Shown here in pieces: positions 9,001-17,878 of a stretch of 64,000 bases of DNA. Source of the DNA: a virus. Numbering within the stretch: position 1 is the stretch's first letter; every line of letters starts with the position of its first letter. Under the pieces are notes generated by a model. The model was not told the origin of the DNA. It ran no database searches and saw nothing but the letters and a program-made list of their open reading frames with translations. The translations under genes were made by a program, and so were the position numbers. The stretch is taken from the IMG/VR virus record IMGVR_UViG_3300023174_000065; one strand, given 5' to 3'.

Positions 9001-11988
9001 ACCTACATATGTGTCATCATAGAATTTTGCTGGAGTATATTTAGGATAAAGACCCAATTTTGTAGGTGTAGGAGGAACAAAATTACCTACAGTACTGGAA
9101 TAGTCAGAAACTAAAATAATATCACCGGATGAAAGAGGAACTTTAATCGTAAAACTTGCAGAAAATCTATCAATAATATAATCTCTGCCACTGATCAATA
9201 ACACATCATTCAAATATATCAAAATTGATCTTTCGCTCAGGACTGTATTATCAAAAATACTCTCCAAACTATAAATTTTGTTTCTTGAATCAGTGACTGT
9301 ATATGATCTATCACTATGATTTTTGCCATAAGCAATCATATCTGAAAAATTATACGAAACTGAATTGTCTTTTACCAGATTTAGTGAGGATATTGCCAAA
9401 TCTAGAATATCCCTGGGAAATAAATCGTAGGAATTTCTCAAATCAGTAATACTTCTAAGGAGATTGGATTTAAATTGGTTATAATCTTGTGCAACCTGTC
9501 TTACAGAATCAATTATACTGTGTTGTTTTGTTCCTAAAAAGTAATGAGCAAAACTCATGGGATTGGAATGACTTACTAATTTAGATCCATATTTTCCAAC
9601 ATTTGATAAATCTCGCAAGTTTCCATTTCCTGGAAAAACTCCAATAAATTCAGGACTATTATAGGCAATTGTTCTGACGTGGTCACTTAGTTCCGCATAT
9701 GTAAAATTGCCGATAGGTCCATTTAATGGATTGTCGGTTAAATTACTAGGTATTTCATAATAACCATGATCATTAGAAGGTTTTTCAGTAAACAGTTTTA
9801 TTAAAACTCTATCGTTCACTGAAAATGAATTTTCTACTACAACATATGCTCTCTCTGAATCCCTTGCTATTCTAAAATCAATATAACGACGCTTTTTGAC
9901 ATCATTTACATATAGATCAATCTCAAGATCAGGTGTATAACCAGGCTCGTCAATTGCAATAATTTGAACGTATATGATTTCTGAATCAATCACTTGATAT
10001 TGAATAATTGGAATATGTAGTTCGGACTGCTCTGTCCACACATCTAAAAATGATTCTGTACCATCGGCATATGTTATCTTTAGATAATTGCCAGCAACCA
10101 TTCGATCTTCGATCTGATTATTGACCGATAATGCAAACGTATCCGTCATAAAATCATTATTGAACAGATAGTCGCCTTGATTTGCTATATTTTTATATTT
10201 TAATGGAAAATTTAAAATGGCGTCTTTTGAATTATTGGTATCCACTGCGTAACTAAACACATTTGTTCCACGAAATGTGGAATTATATACGGTCTGGTCA
10301 GAAAAACTAATTCCATCATCGTCAAAAACATCAAACTTAGGAAATTGATTTAACGCAAGACGCTGTTGAGAATATGTCCATTCATTGCCGTTAAACCACC
10401 AATTTGTTCCCTTATATGTTTCGCCACGAAGAACTACCAATGAAGAATTGTACTCAGATACAGTATCCAGAGTTTCTACCAAGTCTACTACTTGTTTTCC
10501 GTTTACCGTAACAAAGTTAACTTCAAAAATCTTACCACGAGTTAAAGGATCTTTGTCTGCATTAAAAATTACTCTAAAACCAGGTTCAACCATTACTTGA
10601 TCAATATAAAATCCAGGACTATTTGCAAATGCCGAAAGAGCATCAACTGTAATCGTATCAATAAGATCAACTGTTTGTTTAGTAGTTGCACCAAAATTAT
10701 AAAGTCTTAATCCAGAAACAAATTCAATAATAGGACGCCTTGCTTGTTGAAGAGAAGAATATTCTGGTTGAACTCCGTTAGCAAGAGCAGTGGATTTAAT
10801 CACGTCAATATGAACCCAACGATTATATCGACTCCATGAATTTCTATCGGGACTTGCTCGATTGATTGTAATATATTCAGGCAAAAGAGGAACATAACTA
10901 AAATCATCAAATGGATATTGATCAAATGGAGTAGCATCAAAGTTAACATTCAAATTAGTAGTAGATATTCCAACAGTCTTTAGTTCGTTATAAGGAACAA
11001 GAGTGATATATGTACCAACTCCCTCTACTATGAAATCATTTTCTGCATATTCTTCAGGCATAACATTGCCAGCAAATCTAACTTTCATGCCATTTGAGAA
11101 TTCTACGCCGCCGATAGACGAATAAGTCTTTTTGCCTATAATATCAGCAGAAACATCTAAGATTGAATTTTCTATTGCGCGCTTTACTACAATTTGTCCA
11201 ACGCCGTAGAGATTTCCTTCTGGAAAATAAAATAAATTATCAGGAGTAGTGTCATCAATTGTTAAAATAAGTCTACCTTGTTTAACACCCTGATTGGTAG
11301 CTCCTCTATATAGACCAACTTCTCCAGGAACATATCCGGTTTTTATATAAAATGGATAGTCACTGTTAACATCAAATACATAGGTAGATCCTCTATATAA
11401 AGTTAACAAAGGAGATGTTGATAGACCATCTGGAGTAAAAATCAAACTTTTACCATCAACTGAATCAGTTACTGCGTAGGAACTAATAGTCGATGCTTGC
11501 TGACCTGCAATTTCAATAGTGTCTGGACCATTTGGTAACCAGTAGTATTGTCCGTAATTAATAAATTTATCCCAATCTATACACGGATCATATGAGAACG
11601 ATTTTGGCCTAAATAGTCTATCTAGGTTAGATACCTTGGATCCATTAAATTTCAATTCATTAATTAAATCATCATATGTAGATGAATATGTTATATTCAA
11701 ATTTGGATCTTTTATAACAAGAGACGGCTCTAATTGATAGCTATTTCTTAATGTGCCATTAGAATCGAGGTATATATCTTTTGCAGGATCATAATTTAAA
11801 CTGAGCTTGCTTCCAACAAATCCATCGAGTCGTTCTAACTGTGGCTCTTGAATAAATTGATCAAGTGTACTCGCTAAAAATTTTGCATTTTTATCTGTTT
11901 TATGATATCCCGGCAACAGATCAACAGTCCTACGTACATTTGAAGGATTGTTTATATCCACTGGATTAATAAATTCTTTATTGGCCAT
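1..11988 (-). CDS. Giant baseplate wedge / virion structural protein (gp7-like position), partial, at least 3996 aa, continues beyond the left edge
   Basis: ATG at 11988 directly after the gp6 stop (MANKEFINPVDINNPSNVRRTVDLLPGYHKTDKNAKFLASTLDQF...). The frame is still open at position 1 (...TPEFTFFSAGTIQSYLFSA). Its absence from the ORF track is consistent with no in-window stop. Contains FG-GAP-like, CBM5/12-like and GxGY-repeat motifs. The position after gp6 suggests gp7. Confidence 0.85.
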   Translation of the reverse strand, partial: MANKEFINPVDINNPSNVRRTVDLLPGYHKTDKNAKFLASTLDQFIQEPQLERLDGFVGSKLSLNYDPAKDIYLDSNGTLRNSYQLEPSLVIKDPNLNITYSSTYDDLINELKFNGSKVSNLDRLFRPKSFSYDPCIDWDKFINYGQYYWLPNGPDTIEIAGQQASTISSYAVTDSVDGKSLIFTPDGLSTSPLLTLYRGSTYVFDVNSDYPFYIKTGYVPGEVGLYRGATNQGVKQGRLILTIDDTTPDNLFYFPEGNLYGVGQIVVKRAIENSILDVSADIIGKKTYSSIGGVEFSNGMKVRFAGNVMPEEYAENDFIVEGVGTYITLVPYNELKTVGISTTNLNVNFDATPFDQYPFDDFSYVPLLPEYITINRASPDRNSWSRYNRWVHIDVIKSTALANGVQPEYSSLQQARRPIIEFVSGLRLYNFGATTKQTVDLIDTITVDALSAFANSPGFYIDQVMVEPGFRVIFNADKDPLTRGKIFEVNFVTVNGKQVVDLVETLDTVSEYNSSLVVLRGETYKGTNWWFNGNEWTYSQQRLALNQFPKFDVFDDDGISFSDQTVYNSTFRGTNVFSYAVDTNNSKDAILNFPLKYKNIANQGDYLFNNDFMTDTFALSVNNQIEDRMVAGNYLKITYADGTESFLDVWTEQSELHIPIIQYQVIDSEIIYVQIIAIDEPGYTPDLEIDLYVNDVKKRRYIDFRIARDSERAYVVVENSFSVNDRVLIKLFTEKPSNDHGYYEIPSNLTDNPLNGPIGNFTYAELSDHVRTIAYNSPEFIGVFPGNGNLRDLSNVGKYGSKLVSHSNPMSFAHYFLGTKQHSIIDSVRQVAQDYNQFKSNLLRSITDLRNSYDLFPRDILDLAISSLNLVKDNSVSYNFSDMIAYGKNHSDRSYTVTDSRNKIYSLESIFDNTVLSERSILIYLNDVLLISGRDYIIDRFSASFTIKVPLSSGDIILVSDYSSTVGNFVPPTPTKLGLYPKYTPAKFYDDTYVGDPRLVIQGHDGSITLAFGDYRDDVLLEFEIRVYNNIKTDYKRHLIDINSIIPGAFRTTDYSINEITDIITPDILKWAGNFGVDYQTNNTFDQLDTFTFNYSGMIDGIHKRRMPGHWRAIYKFFYDTDRPHTHPWEMLGFTEKPEWWNTEYGPSPYTRGNTILWNDLESGKIASGDRAGTHSLYSRPGLSNFIPVDDSGNLLSPTDTGLVTTAIINPGDPKRIINIRSINIDSDWIVGDQGPAETSWRKSSYWPFIYQIVAALTKPADYAAFMFDPDRLIANKFNQYKYGKSHQFLNLSKVSLYRDVVNGTRVLASGYSVFVIERGLMNDAKYLTSLKNDLSNVTYNLMVKLGGFVSKDKLQISIDSIDPTSPYPGVLLPSEDYQIFFNQSSPIQTLGISGIIVQKTLTGFSVRGYDKYEPFFTVFEPVPVATDRLEVSGGRSENFVNWQANSIYDLGQIVFYMDRYYRSKQKHNSGVDFVMSYYQSLPYLPMIGGISVSTRSLFSDTAKNVPYGTTFETIQEVYDFIIGYGRWLVSKGFIFDDFVNDLGEISDWTLSAKEFLFWTTQNWTTNSVITLSPFANKLNFYSNTGIVDNILNKFYEYSLLRADGSPFLQNRFTLIRSDGNFTISTVNATDGIYFAKLNLVQKEHALIFNNYSLFNDVIYDIETGYRQRRVKLQGFRTKNWNGDFFSPGFIFDRATIVDWEKFTSYEIGQVVRFSGNYYSATKSVQGSQSFDLTSWTLLSSKPESTLYPNFDYKINQFEDFYSLDIDNFDAGQQRMAQHLVGYLPRPYLNNIIGNSVAEYKFYQGYIREKGTKNPLIKLSKSTLINDSGSIDFNEEWAFRIGYYGGFNTYQELETPLDPTKFIENPQIIGFVNTIPTDVADSIYYKDINDVIISPDNFDIEQAFPTLTTSTVYTDFEIPVAGYPRFDDISLTAFNKNSILDISNNAALTDGTAIWLGYTESRDWDVLRYTKVATKIIAAEIYISGQETAFVTSRPHLLNTNDIVSITGIAVDVDRCYVVARIISPTEFTVFSVLFELPVLPDFLGGLLHTFKSSRMSDLNWSATNSLSYDTDRRIGELMWIDDKGDGNWAVYQKIDNFTTVTSVISAPAPDITSQQYGYKIVQNVNTTTIIVSSPTYKETIYGYTGRISVLTRNADSNPRFNFSYSINKDNITYYDGTETSFFGEAVAFDSGISLVIAGASGASSVKSTLTNTVVNPASGISNQFVNQGVVKLSIINENGRTETTATVITTPNPENNTRFGKSLAYSTQTSKLIVGSPGYANGIGAIYRYTVGVTTSVNVTYSSRTSPSISTGSNFGTNIAANWNNSIVAVTAPGINNTLGSTGAVFVYRENSTTNVLEQLKIISGDSSELPVTFGASDNFGSTIKLTKDGKFLFIGTQNYNDSARGNNTGVVDIFMWTGTNYSFNQRLDSPFEFGKLEFGYDIALDETETELVISTKNSIYSGTTTYDRNSTRLGSTIANSLYGTIYVNDPTSPVRNSTTDFDTGTTTFYDVVYDVGTVHVYYKYGEFWTYAQELPSSSVNLGSSFGSGLSVTSKTICVGAPSLLSSYNQGRGQVYIYDRKEVSVNAWKLLRQNSPLVDLTLVKKASTIDSKTQQVKDYLDIIDPVKGDILATAKQELKFITPYDPAIYSIGIDSTNVDTNSNWLDEHVGELWWDLSNVKFVWYEQGELEYRKNNWNRLFPGCTIDVYEWVKSEFLPIEWSTFADTADGLARGISGQPKFATNTVMSVKQVYNSVSNSFSNVYYYWVKNKNILPDNVHNRKLTAFSVASQIADPVGSGIKSIAILGPTSAMISNIKPALVSNNVNLNITFDYTRNSANRHTEWLLLQENDPNSKPNALLEKKLIDSLIGHDEIGNAVPFPNLPEKVRYGLGIRPQQSLFKYPLEAMRNIMEFSNTILASLLITDKINFGNLESKDHIPAAASYDLLVEDIYALELVNVKSIKSADIRPIIDLNGKISSVVIVDPGSDYRVSPTLVITGDGTGAEIIVPEKDGIDESGRVVRVSIINPGSQYTYATITVRPFTVVVQTDSTVNGKWAVYEWDVERQRWNKSRTQEYDTTQYWKYIDWMSPNYNSRMEISAKISSTFALDAWESLDIGSYIKVENGGDGRYLILERTAGTGGTFDDNWNIVYSQNGTIQFLEPLWNLSGSLYAWDQRAGFDQTQFDQSPSKEIFYAVTALKDDIFVGNLKIYWNQLFFKAVRYAMTEQKNLDWAFKTTFISVINNLGSLDQRHSYKLQNSKNYENFLKEIKPYHTKIRKFVEAYTSTEFTQSFTTDFDLPVYYNTSTSNFTNVDFGNKKLLQYPWKSWFENHTHGIESITVFDGGSGYNAVPTISIIAAANDTGYGATAIAYVALGKITDIIVTNPGNGYTVAPTVVINGGGNGALTPARVYARLGKSPVRTNTVALKFDRVTGQREIGTSTWTDSFVAIDNQVSFDLTWVPILNKADIDLYVNDTLQLYDSYTIEYRKEKFNNSYTKSYAVLKLQYIPNKFDRIRISYLKNLSFYTAVDRIEYYYQPTAGMPGKDPEQLMSGVAYDGLSIETLPFDFSNGWDMLPFGTTTWDNYSLESGYISYSTNSTSTQTFVLTDTIISTGTRVNVYLNKTRIDGTGSAIVPTIIGIGSGAIDNIEVTVSGSGYVSSLTTVTISSPNSISGTAATATAILNVLGQITGIELQNSGRGYTSTPVVTITGPSTIQAYARAVIKSEFTTTVSATTQTVITIPSSAFLTTSTLIEFRHSDSDGTLQIYDIERSLDSVINGGNMAYTTALGLTPSEIILDGGSTSTRFMTGMIDDGFLNSYNSPAPEECVPGQIMESVGISLYTQSPLVQPNIVNKLYTVNGSTSTYSLGLKPTNIDSVIAVFNNRKLNKNEYVIDFTNNTFRFTSTTPGLGALSLTSIHAGTISLIDYNVETFSAPGGKYSPPVLFDAIGSAGSSTYVTINGIPAIFGVDYSLVDNLNTPEFTFFSAGTIQSYLFSA

Positions 11989-11990
11989 TA

Positions 11991-14900
11991 TTAATTGCTC
12001 ACATTCGTATTGTTTATAATTGGAGAGATAGCGTTAATTTGATTTGATGTAACAGCATCAATGATATCAATGTCATTGATTGTTGCTCCACTTATTAATA
12101 TCTCATTTGACTGGCATGATATTTCAAACAAACTTCCAAATGGTAAACTAGGATTTTTAGGAGTTATGATGAAGTTAATGATATCAGGAGATACATATAC
12201 CATCACAAACGCAGACAGTTCCGTAAAGTTAAAGGTTTGTCCAAAATTCCAATTTTCCACTCTAAAAAAAGTATCTATTGCATAAATTATTCTAGATTTT
12301 AAATAGTTATCACTTGTAATTCTTTCAGGATTGCGGACGGCTTTAAATGTTGCCTGTAAATTAGGCGAAGCTGTACTACCAAATAATATTTTATAATTTG
12401 CAGGATGATATACCAATGTATCAGATATCGACTTTATAGGATCCAATATCGTCGAAAAATCATTTTCCAAGCTTTGACTAGTTGGCGCAGGTGGCATCAT
12501 TGCACCATTTACTAGATATTGACGGAATGCAGTGTCATAACTGGCTGTTAATACGTAGACATCAATAATATTACTTTTACTAGGGTCAATTCGTCGTTCT
12601 TCGCCACTATTGTGCATATAGTGAAATTTAATACCAGATCTACCAGGTCTAGCAAAATAGGTGTTGTTTAATATAAAAGATCCTGAGGCATCATATTCTT
12701 GAATCACATCAATGTCGTAAAAATAGTAAAGTTTTCCTACAACCGGTGAATTGACTTCATCAGAATTTTTGTACGAGGTTATCAAACTCTGGTCGCTTAA
12801 TAATTCATATCTACTACCATCTGATAATATTTTAAAATAAACAAATTTATCACGAGTTTTATTAGGATCAACTATATCAATAAATGCATCAGGAGTATCT
12901 ATTTGTCCGTCATTATTGGCATCATAGAAACTCACAATTACCTTTTTAGGTTCAATATATCCATCGGGTTCAATTATAGTACTTTCTATTTGCCAGCGAT
13001 AGTCCATACTGAGCCCTAGCGTTGATGTTGATACGTTTGAATTAACTGCCAATACATCAATCTGATCTTTAATTAATGTCCGAGTGACGTAGTCATAGTT
13101 GACATTATTATAATCAACAAAAAATGCAGTTTGATTAGCACTTTCAAATATATATTCCAATAGTCTATGAGTTACAGTATAACCCGTTCCATTCCACTCA
13201 AATGCAATCATCCAGCTAGAATCTTTTTGAGAATTTGTAACATCTTTTTGATAAATCAACGAAAATGCATTAACTAAATCCAGATTACTTTCTAGAATAA
13301 CAAACCACTGCCTAGAAAGTCTATCAAAACTCAGTCCAAAGTTTCTTTGTACCATGCAAAGATTTGAAATTTGTGTTTCAAACGCATAATTAAAAACACT
13401 CACGAATGCCGGAATAACTTCTATCATCTTGGCAGAAGTGGGTATTTTTCCAGACAGGATAATTGGTCCCGTCCCATCGTTTAGTTTACCTTTGCCGGAA
13501 TTTGCACCATCTCCAATAACTTGAATTACCTTGGACCAAACATATGTAGGTGTTCTATTAGGTTCAGATACAGTAGGAGGAGTTATATTAAATTTAATCA
13601 ATGCTCCGGTGGTTATGTAAATGGCACTACTAGAGCCAAAATATCCAACCGGTACCGGAATAGAAGTTGCGGTGTTACTTATATATCCAGTTGTCTGATT
13701 AGGCAAATTGGTAACAGCCTCCCATGCGTATGTGAAGGATTCTAAATTAGGCCGAGAATAGTTTTCATAATAGAAGTTTCTAAAACTACCAGATGCAACA
13801 ATTGGCTCAATTCTTTCTTTTATCACTGCGAATACTTGATTTCTAGTGGTAAACTTAAAAGTAAATGATACCTTTTTATTTTCTTTGTAGAGAATTCCAT
13901 CATGTGCAAAAATGTCAGTGTTTGAATATCTACCACTAATGTCTGACAATTCAAAATACTTGGATATTCCACTAGAAACACGGTTGATACTGGTGACCTT
14001 CAGTACATTATTACTGGCACTAAGAGGACCAATGGAATAATCTTCCGCTGTTATCATTCTATTTTGTAGATAATAATTTTGAGGAGCATTAGTTTTAATG
14101 TTATCAATTGTCTCCGAATTACTACTGTTTGACACTGTATTTTGAAGAGACAGAGTTAATGTTAATTGATGTGTTGCACCCATTTTGTTAGTATATGGAA
14201 TATTAACATTGATGCCAGACATCTGATCAGGAGTAATTGAATAATTCTGTCCGTTACTTTGCCTATAAAATACTACAAAGTCACCTTTAGGCAAATTACC
14301 AAAGCTACCATCAGCAAAATTTAAATCTATCTGATCATTATTTCTACTAGTAACCGAGTATATCGTTCGTATGTTTTTAGAAATATTGTTATATACCACA
14401 TTGTTACCAACTAGTCCATCGACTCGTGTCCATAATGTATCATAAGATCCGTTTGTGCCCAATTGCCATAGCCAAACATCATCATTATTGACACCGTTTG
14501 CATTTATTCCAATAATTTCGTTTGGCACAGGCGCAGGTACACTGAATACACTCGATGACATTGATCCCTGTCTAAAATAGACAAAGAATCCAGTATTAGC
14601 TGATCCAGTACCTTGATTGTCGTTTTGATACACCAATGAAAATGCTGCACCTGGACGAGGTGTTTGTTCATATATGTAATTTTTGCCAGTAAACGCAGCG
14701 CCAGTGATTTCAAATGTCATCTGTGTTCCATTTATGGACTTTGATAGACTGTAAATTGAAAGATCATCTGTTCGACTATTAAATCTATATTGTTCCGCAC
14801 TAATGCCATTTAATGTGGCAGTATCATCGGGAAGTCCAAAGACTGATCCTGGAGTCATAGCAGAATTCATGATGTTAATAAATTGCTGATACCAATTATT

Positions 14901-15344
14901 ATTAGAAGAATCATTCCATGCAACTACTTGATTTGCCAGATTAATACCGTTAGAATCTATGATATTATCAGTTGTTCTAATCGAAGTTATTTTCAATAAA
15001 CCACTTGCCGGAATATTTCTCTTGGGATTATAGCTAATCAATTGAGCCAATCGAAGTACGCTATCTTTTCGTTGAGCAGTCTCTAGAAAATTTTCCCGAG
15101 CATTGAGATCAACTCGAAAGCTTAGATTTTGGCCAACATACGCAATAAGATCAACCAATGCTATATATTCACTAGAATTTATATAGTCATTAAACTCTTC
15201 AGGATAAGTTTCCTGAAGATATGCAATCATGGTCCTACGAAGAGTATCAAAATCGTAGCTTTGAAAATCAGCATTACTAGAGTTTTGATAAAGTTTAGTC
15301 CAAGTCTCTGCAACGAGTAATTGTGCTTTAGTTGAGGGTATCAT
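11991..15344 (-). CDS. gp6: Baseplate wedge subunit, T4 gp6-like
   Basis: N-terminal DFDTLRRTMIAYLQ...EFNDYINSSEYIALVDLIAY...ENFLETAQRKDSVLRLA and ETIDNIKTNAPQNYYLQNRMITAEDY motifs typical of gp6/baseplate J; follows gp25. Confidence 0.88.
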   Translation of the reverse strand: MIPSTKAQLLVAETWTKLYQNSSNADFQSYDFDTLRRTMIAYLQETYPEEFNDYINSSEYIALVDLIAYVGQNLSFRVDLNARENFLETAQRKDSVLRLAQLISYNPKRNIPASGLLKITSIRTTDNIIDSNGINLANQVVAWNDSSNNNWYQQFINIMNSAMTPGSVFGLPDDTATLNGISAEQYRFNSRTDDLSIYSLSKSINGTQMTFEITGAAFTGKNYIYEQTPRPGAAFSLVYQNDNQGTGSANTGFFVYFRQGSMSSSVFSVPAPVPNEIIGINANGVNNDDVWLWQLGTNGSYDTLWTRVDGLVGNNVVYNNISKNIRTIYSVTSRNNDQIDLNFADGSFGNLPKGDFVVFYRQSNGQNYSITPDQMSGINVNIPYTNKMGATHQLTLTLSLQNTVSNSSNSETIDNIKTNAPQNYYLQNRMITAEDYSIGPLSASNNVLKVTSINRVSSGISKYFELSDISGRYSNTDIFAHDGILYKENKKVSFTFKFTTRNQVFAVIKERIEPIVASGSFRNFYYENYSRPNLESFTYAWEAVTNLPNQTTGYISNTATSIPVPVGYFGSSSAIYITTGALIKFNITPPTVSEPNRTPTYVWSKVIQVIGDGANSGKGKLNDGTGPIILSGKIPTSAKMIEVIPAFVSVFNYAFETQISNLCMVQRNFGLSFDRLSRQWFVILESNLDLVNAFSLIYQKDVTNSQKDSSWMIAFEWNGTGYTVTHRLLEYIFESANQTAFFVDYNNVNYDYVTRTLIKDQIDVLAVNSNVSTSTLGLSMDYRWQIESTIIEPDGYIEPKKVIVSFYDANNDGQIDTPDAFIDIVDPNKTRDKFVYFKILSDGSRYELLSDQSLITSYKNSDEVNSPVVGKLYYFYDIDVIQEYDASGSFILNNTYFARPGRSGIKFHYMHNSGEERRIDPSKSNIIDVYVLTASYDTAFRQYLVNGAMMPPAPTSQSLENDFSTILDPIKSISDTLVYHPANYKILFGSTASPNLQATFKAVRNPERITSDNYLKSRIIYAIDTFFRVENWNFGQTFNFTELSAFVMVYVSPDIINFIITPKNPSLPFGSLFEISCQSNEILISGATINDIDIIDAVTSNQINAISPIINNTNVSN

Positions 15345-15395
15345 ATGTTATATTTTCCTAGATAACATATTTATTGAATGGATTAACTATACATA

Positions 15396-15836
15396 TTATT
15401 GTCGTGTTACAGTTCCTGAATCTTTATTAAATCCAAGCTTCATGTCCTGTGTTAAATCTAACTGCTTGTAATAAAGAGTTGCCTCCAATAGAAGTCCATA
15501 TTCTGCTTCGGAAATGTTGACTCTAGTAGGCGCCACTCTAGGATCATAATTCAAAATATTAGTGATATCATCACTGATTCTCTGCTTAACATCATTTGTA
15601 AATGGTTCATAAATCATTTCCCAGATCATTGTACCAAATTGAGGATCCATGACTCTTTCACCTCTGCGAGTTTGAAAAATATTAATAATATCTTGTTGAA
15701 TTAGATCAAAGTCATATATTTTACTAGACAACCGAGTGCTATCAGCGGTGCTAAAGCCTTTATAAAATTGACTTTTTTGCACACTTTGCTGATTGCTTAT
15801 ATTGTTAGGAGTTATTATGATGTTTTTATAAGGCAT
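15396..15836 (-). CDS. gp25: Baseplate wedge subunit / sheath initiator, gp25-like
   Basis: IQQDIINIFQTRRGERVMDPQFGT...YDPRV motif of the GPW/gp25 family. Confidence 0.92.
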   Translation of the reverse strand: MPYKNIIITPNNISNQQSVQKSQFYKGFSTADSTRLSSKIYDFDLIQQDIINIFQTRRGERVMDPQFGTMIWEMIYEPFTNDVKQRISDDITNILNYDPRVAPTRVNISEAEYGLLLEATLYYKQLDLTQDMKLGFNKDSGTVTRQ

Positions 15837-15849
15837 ACATTATTTACTC

Positions 15850-17877
15850 TTAGGCTGATATCGTTCCGCCGCCCTGTTTATAATAGGTTTGAACGGCTTC
15901 TAGGGATTTTCCACCCTGATTATCTTTGTTGCCTGGTAAACTTGCCCATACACTGGAAACTTTTCTAGTGGCATTAGCTATTCTTCCAGCTTTAACATCA
16001 TCCAGTGCTCCCTTCTGTTGAATCAATAAAACAGCAGCTTTATCCTGACTAGCTGGACTAAAATCCTTCAATGAAAGAGCCTTTTTTACAGAATCCCATG
16101 TACTAGCTAAAAATTGATATGCGCCTGCTGCTGTTGAAGTTATTGGTCTTCCTTTGACCGATGCTGTATTCTTAATTCTAGGATGATCTGCAAATCCACT
16201 GAATGTTTTACCGGTAAACATGGTATTATATCCATTTGCACCGCTTGTACCCTCACATACCCTAATTGTCCACAAGAATGCCGCAATATTATCTTGCTCA
16301 ACATTCCCAGTTTTAGTAGGAGGCGTTCCAACTGACGGAGGCACGTTGTATTTGACTGACTGACTTCCTTCGCCAACACTAACGTCTAGATTCGCTGGAC
16401 TAAATTGATCAGGATTAATATTTTCATGATGATCCCATGGCTCATGCGTTGGCGCTCGCTTCATAATAGTAATCACATCTGCGGCCTTGTATAACTCTGC
16501 ATTTGCCCACCCCTGAGTACTATCACGATTAGGCAAATTAAAGACGGTCAGTGGCGAAGCCGACGAGGCAGAGGATGGACCAGTTGCAGACGCAGCTGGA
16601 GCACCGTTCATATCTATCATGCCAGCAGTTTCTTTATGATGTGAACTTGTAACATTTGAAGTGCCAGATGCACTGACTTTCCAGTCTCCTCCTGAACTCA
16701 TATTGAACTCGCCACCAGCACCTTCATAAATTGAAGACGCTAAAATGTGAATATCTCCATCCGCGGTTTGATACAAAGACGATCCAGTACGTATATTCAC
16801 ATCGGATTCAAAAGTCAACTGGCCTCCTGCGGAAACATTCAATACATAATCTTTTGCAACATCCATGTGATAAGTGCCGCCAACGGAAACATTCATGTTT
16901 CTTTTGCATTCTAGATTTATATCCCTGTCCGCTAGAAAATTAAAATCTTGTTGTGTGTGGATACTAACACTATCCTCTGCATACATATCAATTTTGCCGT
17001 TGGATGTCAATTCTATCCAGGCAGTTCCTTTACTATTTCCGATATATATTAAATCTGAGCTATTGTGTAATAGAATTTGATGACCTGTTCTTGTTCGAAT
17101 GCGTAATAATTCATTTTTTCCATCTCTATCGCCATCATCCATGACAAGCTGATGTCCACCAAGTCTACTTACCGGCAATAAAATGGTTCCAGCACCTGAA
17201 GTAAATCCTGCTGATTTAAGTGGAGAATTTACATCAATTGGTCCAGGAGTACTAATTCCAAATACCTGACTTGGAACTTCTCTTCTAGCACTACTAGATG
17301 TAACTCCACGAACATCATCAACTAATAAACCCTGTTGAACCAATCTATCGGCAAATGGATGTATCGGCTTGGTAAACGTGTCTGGAGTAGGATTGGATAA
17401 ATCACGAGTACTTTTTAGAAACTCTGCAACAGGAACATTTCTAGTATTGTATTGGCGTAATTGATCATCTGTCATTGCTGAATACTGACTAGCTGCTATT
17501 CCCGGTACCATGTGATTTTGATACATATCTGGTATGCAACCAATCCAATAGCCCTGATTTATATCACCTGCAATAAAAACGACTAGAACCGTACATCCGA
17601 TATCCGGTGGAACCATCCACATTCCATAGGATTTTTGAACATCATTAAAACTCGCAGAGTTATTACCTTCAAATTTACTAGATGTTGCTCCAAAAAATGG
17701 ACTACAATATCTTACAATTATATTGGAAGATTCAGTTTCTGCCAAACCAGGAATAGCTTTTAATAATTGAACTTGTAGAGATCCCATGAATGTAGTATCT
17801 AAGTGATTTGTAACTCTTGCAAGATATGGTCCTGGATTAATATGCGACCTATCAGAAGAGCGTGTATCAATTGCCAT
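15850..17877 (-). CDS. gp5: Baseplate central spike (gp5/VgrG-like) with C-terminal lambda-R-type lysozyme/transglycosylase domain
   Basis: OB-fold motif SYGMWMVPPDIGCTVLVVF...GYWIGC; beta-helix region (RTRTGHQILLHNS...WIELTSNGKIDMYA); C-terminal AFLWTIRVCEGT..YNTMF..F..FADHP..STAAGAYQFL..TW..DFSPASQD..WASLPG. Confidence 0.85.
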   Translation of the reverse strand: MAIDTRSSDRSHINPGPYLARVTNHLDTTFMGSLQVQLLKAIPGLAETESSNIIVRYCSPFFGATSSKFEGNNSASFNDVQKSYGMWMVPPDIGCTVLVVFIAGDINQGYWIGCIPDMYQNHMVPGIAASQYSAMTDDQLRQYNTRNVPVAEFLKSTRDLSNPTPDTFTKPIHPFADRLVQQGLLVDDVRGVTSSSARREVPSQVFGISTPGPIDVNSPLKSAGFTSGAGTILLPVSRLGGHQLVMDDGDRDGKNELLRIRTRTGHQILLHNSSDLIYIGNSKGTAWIELTSNGKIDMYAEDSVSIHTQQDFNFLADRDINLECKRNMNVSVGGTYHMDVAKDYVLNVSAGGQLTFESDVNIRTGSSLYQTADGDIHILASSIYEGAGGEFNMSSGGDWKVSASGTSNVTSSHHKETAGMIDMNGAPAASATGPSSASSASPLTVFNLPNRDSTQGWANAELYKAADVITIMKRAPTHEPWDHHENINPDQFSPANLDVSVGEGSQSVKYNVPPSVGTPPTKTGNVEQDNIAAFLWTIRVCEGTSGANGYNTMFTGKTFSGFADHPRIKNTASVKGRPITSTAAGAYQFLASTWDSVKKALSLKDFSPASQDKAAVLLIQQKGALDDVKAGRIANATRKVSSVWASLPGNKDNQGGKSLEAVQTYYKQGGGTISA

Positions 17878-17878
17878 A

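Noticed and set aside
785-10600. Many short plus-strand ORFs in the ORF track across 785-10600, and similar short antisense ORFs elsewhere (e.g. 18531-19106, 32565-32936, 57055-57459)
   Set aside because: They are shadow ORFs opposite long genuine genes and show no recognisable protein motifs.
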